Of a stretch of DNA of 43,299 bases, positions 34,459-41,302 are shown piece after piece (the first letter of the stretch is position 1; each line of letters opens with the position of its first letter). The notes below the pieces were generated by a model that saw only the letters and a program-made list of their open reading frames with translations, was not told where the DNA came from and made no database searches. Source of the stretch: an uncultured Bacteriovoracaceae bacterium (GTDB taxonomy: Bacteria > Bdellovibrionota > Bacteriovoracia > Bacteriovoracales > Bacteriovoracaceae). A program made the position numbers and the translations under genes. The DNA lies in NCBI GenBank assembly GCA_964416605.1, contig CAYQEW010000001.1:1-43299 (forward strand), given 5' to 3'.

Positions 34459-35798
34459 AAATAAATTCCATTTTCACTTAAGCGACGCCCTTTTTTTCTC
34501 AACTCATTTTGCGCTTTGCCCAGATTACCCATTGGATCAGGGTAACGATAGGTTCCTCCCTCAAAATTAGTCAGGAGTAGATCATCACCATCTCTTCCCA
34601 CAATATAATCTGGAAGAAGAGGAATTTTTCCTCCACCGTTGGGAGCATCTACAACAAATTGCGGTATCGCATAACCCGTGGTGTGTCCTCGTAAGCCTTT
34701 AATAATTTCCAGGCCCTTTTCCACGGAAGTTCTAAAATGAGAAGAACCTGAAACAGGATCGCACTGATACAAATAATAAGGTTTAACCCGAGCCATCAAA
34801 AGCTTGTGCATAAGCGATTTCATCGTCTCAACATTATCGTTAATATCTTTTAACAGAACGGTTTGACTGCCTAAAGGAATCCCCGCATCAGCAAGGCGCG
34901 CAAAAGCCTCTATTGACTCCGGAGTAATCTCATCGGGGTGAGCCACGTGAATGCTCATCCAAAGCGGATGATATTTTCGTAAAATGCGAGTGAGATTTTT
35001 TGTAATACGCTGAGGCATGACAATCGGAATCTTGGTGCCAATGCGGATAAATTCCAAATGCTTTATTTTTCTTAGGCGATTCAGAAGCCAATCGAGTTTC
35101 TCATCGCCAATACTCAGCGGGTCTCCTCCCGATAAAAGGCAATCGCGAATTTCAGGGTGAGCCTCAATATATTGAGCGGCTTTTTCCCATTGAGCCGTAT
35201 TAAAACTGTATTCGCCGTTAGTTTCTCCTACCATGCGCGAGCGAGTACAGTAACGACAATAGGTAGAGCAAAAGCCCGTTGTCAAAAAGAGAACGCGATC
35301 TGGATAGCGATGAACCAGTCCCGGCGTTGCAGTATCGTGGTCTTCCCCTAACGGATCTGGATCTTCACCTGGGGTCTGAATAAATTCATCTCCTACGGGA
35401 ATATGAGTGCGTCGTAAAGACTGCATCGGATTCTTTGGATCAAGAAGAGAGAGATAATAAGGAGTAATGGCAATGGGCAGATTGGCGGTACGCTTATCGA
35501 CAGCCTTGCGCTCTTCATCCGTTAAATCAACAAAACAACTGAGGTGTTCCGTCGTTCTAATGCGATTTCTGACCTGCCACTTCCAATCATTCCAATCAGC
35601 AGAGCTAATGCCTGGGTAAAATTTTTTAATGAAGTTTTTGGTATTTTGACTTTGAGGGAATTTATTAATCAGATTTTTTGATACAGGAATATAAATGATG
35701 TTACCATCGAGAGAGCCGCACTGGGCGCTATTTTCAGCGTTTTTCTCCACCTTGCTAGGAGGCTCACCTTCTTCTATCTTTAGTTCGGAATTATTCAT
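34455..35798 (-). CDS. kamA: lysine 2,3-aminomutase family radical-SAM/PLP enzyme
   Basis: 447 aa. W.DWKWQVRNRI, the radical-SAM cluster motif CSTYCRYCTRS, LLSGGDPL and YLYQCDPV..SSHFR are KamA hallmarks. Confidence 0.9.
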   Translation of the reverse strand: MNNSELKIEEGEPPSKVEKNAENSAQCGSLDGNIIYIPVSKNLINKFPQSQNTKNFIKKFYPGISSADWNDWKWQVRNRIRTTEHLSCFVDLTDEERKAVDKRTANLPIAITPYYLSLLDPKNPMQSLRRTHIPVGDEFIQTPGEDPDPLGEDHDTATPGLVHRYPDRVLFLTTGFCSTYCRYCTRSRMVGETNGEYSFNTAQWEKAAQYIEAHPEIRDCLLSGGDPLSIGDEKLDWLLNRLRKIKHLEFIRIGTKIPIVMPQRITKNLTRILRKYHPLWMSIHVAHPDEITPESIEAFARLADAGIPLGSQTVLLKDINDNVETMKSLMHKLLMARVKPYYLYQCDPVSGSSHFRTSVEKGLEIIKGLRGHTTGYAIPQFVVDAPNGGGKIPLLPDYIVGRDGDDLLLTNFEGGTYRYPDPMGNLGKAQNELRKKGRRLSENGIYL

Positions 35799-35875
35799 TC
35801 ACTCTCCTTAATACTAAAAATTAACACTTTCTTTTTTCAGACACAATAAAAATCTTCTATTATACTGACGGCATT

Positions 35876-37108
35876 ATGATTATAAATAAAACTAAGTGGA
35901 ATCAAGTTGAACTTCATCCCACTACCCTGAAACAATTTAAAGCTGGTCATCACCTCGTTATTAAGGATCAATACACGGATCGCTTTCCCGATGATTCGAT
36001 ATTTCTTAAGACGGCTCAAATCTCTTTAAAAAAAATTTACTATACCCTTCAAGACTCGTCTCACCCTAAGGTTAAGGCAAGGCTTTGGAAGATACTTCCC
36101 TATGAAACAGAGCATCTTCCCAATATTGATTTTTACGATGAACTTGCAAAGCGTATTGCAACTAGTGTCGACAAAAGAAAGCGACTGGGTTTACTAGAAA
36201 ATCGCAATAACTTCTATCTTATATTTGGGGAGCAGGATCAACTCCCTGGTCTGCATGTTCAACTTCTTGGTGATATCGTGCTTGTACAATACTATGCCTT
36301 TTACTGGAGCCAACTCGAACAAAGTATGTATAAGGCTTTGCACCAAGCGATCAAACAATTTTTTCCCGAACTTAAAATCAAAGACTATATTCGCCAATCA
36401 AGAAATCCTGATAAAAAATCAGTATATTCAAGCCTTAAAAATAAAAATATTGAACCAACTACCATAGAAGAATTTGGCGTTAAGTTTAAAATTAAATTTA
36501 ATGAACACTACGATATCGGAATTTATACTGACATGAGCGCGATTCGCTCTGACATTATGAAAAAACTAAAACCAGAAAGCCATTTTCTCAATCTTTTTTC
36601 TTATACCGGAGCTTTTTCTTTGCAGGCAGCGAAGAAAAAGATCTACGCCACTTCCGTCGATCTTTCTAAAAAGTTTTTAGACTGGTCGGAGGAAAATCGT
36701 GCACTCAATCCTGACATTGCAGAAGACTATCTGGAAAATATCTGCGGCGATGCTTTAAAGGTAACGAGTAAATTTGCACAGGAAAAAAGAGTCTTTGATG
36801 CCATTCTTATGGATCCTCCTTCTTTTTCAAGCAATAAGAAAAAAGGCAGCAATGCTCTTGAGAGCTACAAGAGCTTTCTTCCGCTATTTGATAAAATCTT
36901 AAGTAATGACGGAAGTCTTTTTATTTTTCTCAACAATCACTCGGAAAAAAGAAAAAAATTTGAAGAAACTATTGAGAGTATTATTAAAAACAATCGCCTC
37001 AATTTTAAAATTAATAAAAAATTTAAACTTATTGATGATTGCAAACTTAATTTTCCCTACCCCGAAGCAGACTATTTAAAAGGTATTGAACTTATAAGAA
37101 ACAAATAA
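35876..37108 (+). CDS. class I SAM-dependent rRNA methyltransferase, RlmI/RlmK-like (PUA + MTase)
   Basis: 410 aa. LKQFKAGHHLV (PUA-like N-terminus), NLFSYTGAFSL and ILMDPPSFS. Confidence 0.75.
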   Translation: MIINKTKWNQVELHPTTLKQFKAGHHLVIKDQYTDRFPDDSIFLKTAQISLKKIYYTLQDSSHPKVKARLWKILPYETEHLPNIDFYDELAKRIATSVDKRKRLGLLENRNNFYLIFGEQDQLPGLHVQLLGDIVLVQYYAFYWSQLEQSMYKALHQAIKQFFPELKIKDYIRQSRNPDKKSVYSSLKNKNIEPTTIEEFGVKFKIKFNEHYDIGIYTDMSAIRSDIMKKLKPESHFLNLFSYTGAFSLQAAKKKIYATSVDLSKKFLDWSEENRALNPDIAEDYLENICGDALKVTSKFAQEKRVFDAILMDPPSFSSNKKKGSNALESYKSFLPLFDKILSNDGSLFIFLNNHSEKRKKFEETIESIIKNNRLNFKINKKFKLIDDCKLNFPYPEADYLKGIELIRNK

Positions 37109-37119
37109 AAGGAGTCTTT

Positions 37120-37734
37120 ATGAAAACGATTTTATCTCTACTTCTCGCTCTCTCAATTATCTCTTCTTGTGCTACCGATTACAAAAAAACGGCGATTGGT
37201 GCTGGGGCTGGCGCGGTAGCAGGTGCTGCGGCAGGAACTCTTTTAACAGGTAAGGGAAGTCACAATGAAGGAGCCTTGATCGGAGGACTGATCGGTGGTC
37301 TTATCGGTGGCGGTGTCGGAATATATCTCGATAAGCAAGCTAAGGAACTTGCCCAAATTGCTGAAACTAAAATGACTGAACACGGTCTTGTCACCAAACT
37401 TAAAGGAGACATCACTTTTGATACCGGAAAAATAAGTGTCAAACCAGATGCCAAAAATCGCATTGCGCAAATCGCAGCCATTATCAAAAAATATCCTAAA
37501 GACATCGTAACAGTTTCGGGCCATACAGATAACAGTGGTTCAGAACTCGCCAATCAACAACTTTCTGAAGCTCGTGCCAGTGCGGTTCGCGCAATTCTTA
37601 TTTCAAATGGTGTTCCCGCTGCAAGCGTCAGCGCCGTTGGAATGGGGTTCTCAAGTCCCATAGCAGATAATACAACTGCAACTGGCAAAGCTCAAAATCG
37701 TCGTGTTGAAATTGGTATCACTGTTCAAGAATAA
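37120..37734 (+). CDS. OmpA-family lipoprotein with N-terminal glycine-zipper
   Basis: Lipobox ISSC. Glycine zipper GAGAGAVAGAAAGT...LIGGLIGGLIGGGVG. OmpA_C motifs GHTDNSGS, N..LSEARA and NRRVEI. Confidence 0.85.
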   Translation: MKTILSLLLALSIISSCATDYKKTAIGAGAGAVAGAAAGTLLTGKGSHNEGALIGGLIGGLIGGGVGIYLDKQAKELAQIAETKMTEHGLVTKLKGDITFDTGKISVKPDAKNRIAQIAAIIKKYPKDIVTVSGHTDNSGSELANQQLSEARASAVRAILISNGVPAASVSAVGMGFSSPIADNTTATGKAQNRRVEIGITVQE

Positions 37735-38225
37735 TGAAAGTTTTATTCATACTTATCACAATCCTTGCTCATCCGATTTACTCTCAAAACTCTCACTGGG
37801 TTTTGGGAGGCTCTTTAGGGTTTGGATTTGGAAAAATAAATGTAGTTGAAGTTTCTCCAAGAATTGGCTACCGCCTCACGCCAAGACTCACGACAGGAGT
37901 TGGCGTTGGTTATCGCTACTATAATAACCGAAATTATACGCCGACACTCACACAGAATATTTACTCTGGGCTGGCTTACGCCAATTACCAGTTTTTGCAA
38001 AATCTCTATGCCCACTCAGAATTTGATATCACTTCCTACAAAAATACTCTCACCCCATCGCGCACCTCCAGTCCTGGTCTCCTGGCAGGAGTTGGATATA
38101 TCTTAGGCACTGGCTCGAGTCTTCAGTTTACCATTGAGGCGCTCTATGATCTTCTCTATGATAAGCAAAAATCTTATCGCAGTGATCCTTGGGTTATTCG
38201 CGGTGGAATAAGAGTTAATTTCTAG
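37734..38225 (+). CDS. small outer-membrane beta-barrel protein (hypothetical)
   Basis: Signal peptide, alternating amphipathic strands rich in G/Y, and a C-terminal ...GGIRVNF ending in Phe (OMP sorting signature). Confidence 0.45.
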   Translation: MKVLFILITILAHPIYSQNSHWVLGGSLGFGFGKINVVEVSPRIGYRLTPRLTTGVGVGYRYYNNRNYTPTLTQNIYSGLAYANYQFLQNLYAHSEFDITSYKNTLTPSRTSSPGLLAGVGYILGTGSSLQFTIEALYDLLYDKQKSYRSDPWVIRGGIRVNF

Positions 38226-38231
38226 GAGGTC

Positions 38232-38894
38232 ATGATGAAAAAAATTTTCTTAGTACTCTTTCTACTCTCCCAAAGCTTATTGGCTTCCACGAATCAAGAT
38301 GGTGGAACATGGCTCGGTCTCTTTAACCGAACACAAAACAATAAAGTAGGAAGCTTTGCTATTTGGAATGAATTGCAATTGCGCTTTAATACCGATGTTT
38401 CGGGCATGCAGCAACTTCTCTTTAGACCCGGTGTGATTTATCAATACAATCAAAACAATGATTTTGGACTTCTCTTGGGCTATATCAATACTAAGAATTT
38501 TGCCAAAGATAAAAACACAAATGAATACAGATTTACTCTTCAACATCAGTATTACCAAACTTTTGGCGAAGGCAATAAAATAACTTTTAGATCGAGACTT
38601 GAGCACCGTTTTCTAGAGCAAGCTGGGCCTCTTGATTTACGCTTTAGAGAAATGATTCGTTATAGTAAAAACCTTACTCCTAAAACTCAATTTGTTATTT
38701 GGGATGAGCCTTTTCTTAATTTCAATAGACCAAGCTGGGTTTATGATAGTTTTTTTGAGCGCAACCGCTTTTTCATTGGAACCAATATCCAAGTCGGTAC
38801 GATTAAACTAGAAGTGGGGTATCTCAATCAATATATTCCTCACAAAGGTGCTGACACCATGGAACATATTCTTCTTACTTATTTTATCTACTAA
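38232..38894 (+). CDS. outer-membrane beta-barrel protein, DUF2490-like
   Basis: Signal peptide, repeated R-F/R-L strand pattern (LQLRFN, TFRSRLEHRF, DLRFREMIRY) and a C-terminal aromatic ...LLTYFIY. Confidence 0.4.
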   Translation: MMKKIFLVLFLLSQSLLASTNQDGGTWLGLFNRTQNNKVGSFAIWNELQLRFNTDVSGMQQLLFRPGVIYQYNQNNDFGLLLGYINTKNFAKDKNTNEYRFTLQHQYYQTFGEGNKITFRSRLEHRFLEQAGPLDLRFREMIRYSKNLTPKTQFVIWDEPFLNFNRPSWVYDSFFERNRFFIGTNIQVGTIKLEVGYLNQYIPHKGADTMEHILLTYFIY

Positions 38895-39642
38895 ATTTTT
38901 TGACAATAAAAACAATACGGCGGTTCCTGTCTAGATTATCCCAAAGTACTTTCCCTTCACTGTCAAAACTTTTAAAAGCTGGACGAGAACTGCCGAATCC
39001 AACAGCTTTTAAATGGCTTTCTTCCACACCCGATTCCATAAGTTTGCGAACAACATAAGAAGCTCTTGCGGCACTTAGCTCCCAATTACTCGGATAGGTT
39101 TTATTCATTGATATTTTACGATAATCACAATGCCCTTCAATTTCAATAAAAATATCATCCTTTTGTGTCAAAATAATATTCATGATTTTTTTTAAAATAT
39201 TAAGTCCATCAGTGGTTGGAACAGCACTAGCTGTCTCAAAAATTTTCTCCCCCACCATTTCAATTTCAACAGTTTCTTTTTTTTTATTTTTTTTAACTTC
39301 TGCAAAAGATGAGATATTTTTTTGCAGCTCTATATAAAGTAAGCTAAGTGGTTCCCACTCAAACTCTGCCTCAACTTTTGGTATTTTTGCAGAATAACTT
39401 TTGCCAACGTAACCTCTTCCTGAACGTGCTTTAGAAGATGAGTTTATTTTTTGACTTGTAAATGATTCTTGAATTTTTTCAGCCTTTTCCTGAAAAGTTT
39501 TATCATCAAAGTTTGCGAAGGAAACTAGTAAAATAAAAAAACACGCAATAAGTGTCATTAAATCTGCAAGAGAAGTTAGCCAAACACTATCATCGCTTTC
39601 GATGTTTCGTTTTTTACGACTCAAGAGTTTTTCTCCAGTCAT
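38884..39642 (-). CDS. motB: MotB-like stator protein (OmpA-like peptidoglycan-binding C-terminus)
   Basis: TM segment WLTSLADLMTLIACFFILL carries the conserved channel Asp. The C-terminus has IEGHCD, SNWELSAARA and NRRIVFIV. Confidence 0.8.
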   Translation of the reverse strand: MTGEKLLSRKKRNIESDDSVWLTSLADLMTLIACFFILLVSFANFDDKTFQEKAEKIQESFTSQKINSSSKARSGRGYVGKSYSAKIPKVEAEFEWEPLSLLYIELQKNISSFAEVKKNKKKETVEIEMVGEKIFETASAVPTTDGLNILKKIMNIILTQKDDIFIEIEGHCDYRKISMNKTYPSNWELSAARASYVVRKLMESGVEESHLKAVGFGSSRPAFKSFDSEGKVLWDNLDRNRRIVFIVKKFSR

Positions 39643-40393
39643 AGCGATGAGAAGCAGGCAATCTTGCGTTTAATTCTTCAATTATTTCAATAGTGCTGAC
39701 CTTTTGATTGATCAAGTCTAGTCCTCTTATAATTAAACTGTTTTTTAATGCCATATCATTCATGGTTTCGACGAGGTTTTCGCTCAAGGGCAAAAGAAAA
39801 AAATTGGCAATAATAACCCCATAAAGTGTCGTGATAAGACAAATTGCCATCGCAGGCCCCATGCTTTTCATTGCATCAGATGTCCCAAGGTTTGAGAGAA
39901 GAACAATCATACCAATAGTTGTCCCCATCATTCCAAAAGCTGGCGGATATTTTCCGAGGGTTTTAATCTTAGAAGCATCGGCAAAATACTCATCTTCGAT
40001 TTGCTCTGATCGTTGTTTAATAATATTAAGAGCTTTTTCAAAAGGCATAATTTTTTCACTTAAAAGCAATAATGAATCATTCAAAAACTGATCATTTGAT
40101 TTGTTGGGAAAATTTTTATGGATTTCATAATGTTTTGCCGTCGATACAATTTCTTTAATTGTATCTGTAAACGAAATATTTTTTCCTCGTAATATTTTTA
40201 AAAAAAATGCTTTAGAGAGATAATACATTTTATCTAATTTAATAGAGAGAGCCATAACTGCAACGGTTCCGCCAAGAACGATAAAAAGTGAAATACCATC
40301 CCAAAAAAGTAACAAATTACTAGAGGAAAATTTTAATCCAATAATAATTACTGAAATACCTGCCATTAAACCAATCAGAGTATATTTATTCAT
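39614..40393 (-). CDS. motA: MotA/PomA-like proton-channel stator protein
   Basis: 259 aa. Two N-terminal and two C-terminal TM helices, a cytoplasmic loop, and GKYPPAFGMMGTTIGMIVLL (MotA/TolQ/ExbB signature with conserved Pro). Confidence 0.8.
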   Translation of the reverse strand: MNKYTLIGLMAGISVIIIGLKFSSSNLLLFWDGISLFIVLGGTVAVMALSIKLDKMYYLSKAFFLKILRGKNISFTDTIKEIVSTAKHYEIHKNFPNKSNDQFLNDSLLLLSEKIMPFEKALNIIKQRSEQIEDEYFADASKIKTLGKYPPAFGMMGTTIGMIVLLSNLGTSDAMKSMGPAMAICLITTLYGVIIANFFLLPLSENLVETMNDMALKNSLIIRGLDLINQKVSTIEIIEELNARLPASHRYDWRKTLES

Positions 40394-40402
40394 ATCATCC
40401 TT

Positions 40403-41302
40403 TTACATTTCTGCTTGAGCAGAAAATATAATTGAATCCGTATATTCTCCCTCAGGTAAAATTTTATTCGCTTCAGGCACCACTACTTTTAAAGAATAAG
40501 TTTGACCATCGAGATTAGCCGTCTCGAATGGACTAAAAACAATTGGAGATCCCATTGAGTTTTCCAAAGAAACCTTCTGGTTATTAATAAAGAAGTTATA
40601 GGGCATTTGAGCCCCATAGGGTGATTTCATTGCCCCTCCATTCAATGAGTAGCATTCAACGGAATAAGGAACATTTGATTTCACTACCATATCTGCTTCA
40701 ACAACTTTTTCAGAGTCAAGGTTACCTAAATTTTTTTTCACTCCTCCACTTCCTGACTTAAAGTTTTCTCCTTTTTCTAAAACTTTTAATTGAACTTCAA
40801 TAGGAATTTCAATCGCTACATTAAAATTAAGCACGGCAATAGCACTAGCCAGGAACTCTTTAGAATCAGTTGTAATATATGCCGTAACAGTATCTAAATA
40901 ATTCCCATAATAGGTTGGGACAGGTCCCTCATAGCGAAAAAAAACTCGATGAATTTTTTCTTTTTCTCCTGTGCTAAAACTTCCTTGCAAATATTCATTA
41001 GCAGAAGAATTTCCCGCTTCTTTTAAAATATATTGAAAATCATTCTTCGTATAAATATTATAATTAACCGATTTATCGAGATATTTAGCAGTTCGCAGAT
41101 ACGTTGTACCTGAGTTTCCAGCGAAGGAAATAAAATAGTTAGGACACGCCACTTCTGTATTGTTTTTAATATGAAGATCCGTAAATACCCATAGTTCATT
41201 TTCTTGGTAAGTATAATTAATATTAATTTGCTGCATAGAAAGATTGCATGCCATTGTAAAAGTACTCATCAAAATAAAAATTAATTTTTTAATTACTTCC
41301 AT
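40403..41302 (-). CDS. two-domain SCPU-like pilus subunit (CsuE-like tip/adhesin candidate)
   Basis: Signal peptide. The two beta-rich halves end in YYGNYLDTVTAYITT and PEGEYTDSIIFSAQ, which resemble the G-x-Y-x-D-t-v-t-v terminal strand of SCPU domains. It lies immediately after the usher gene, as csuE follows csuD. Confidence 0.45.
   Translation of the reverse strand: MEVIKKLIFILMSTFTMACNLSMQQININYTYQENELWVFTDLHIKNNTEVACPNYFISFAGNSGTTYLRTAKYLDKSVNYNIYTKNDFQYILKEAGNSSANEYLQGSFSTGEKEKIHRVFFRYEGPVPTYYGNYLDTVTAYITTDSKEFLASAIAVLNFNVAIEIPIEVQLKVLEKGENFKSGSGGVKKNLGNLDSEKVVEADMVVKSNVPYSVECYSLNGGAMKSPYGAQMPYNFFINNQKVSLENSMGSPIVFSPFETANLDGQTYSLKVVVPEANKILPEGEYTDSIIFSAQAEM

Noticed and set aside
32078-35798. 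A simple AblA/AblB N-epsilon-acetyl-beta-lysine osmolyte operon as the full explanation of the kamA locus
   Set aside because: Aminomutase plus GNAT would suffice for that pathway. The two intervening translationally coupled ATP-grasp ligases and the downstream DHS-like gene are not explained by it. It remains a partial alternative if the extra genes turn out to be unrelated.
31102-35798. The kamA + DHS-like pairing as an EF-P/IF5A-type modification system
   Set aside because: The idea is attractive because EpmB and DHS both act on EF-P/eIF5A homologues. However, there is no EpmA-like lysyl-tRNA-synthetase paralogue and no efp gene in the window, and the 447-aa aminomutase looks like KamA rather than the shorter EpmB. 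I keep it only as a low-probability alternative inside the main finding.
38884-40393. A MotA/MotB-like pair as a Zorya-type anti-phage system
   Set aside because: ZorA proteins are far longer, with an extended C-terminal tail, and are accompanied by ZorC/ZorD or ZorE. Here the MotA-like protein is 259 aa with ordinary stator architecture. The adjoining genes are pilus and outer-membrane genes, not nuclease or helicase effectors.
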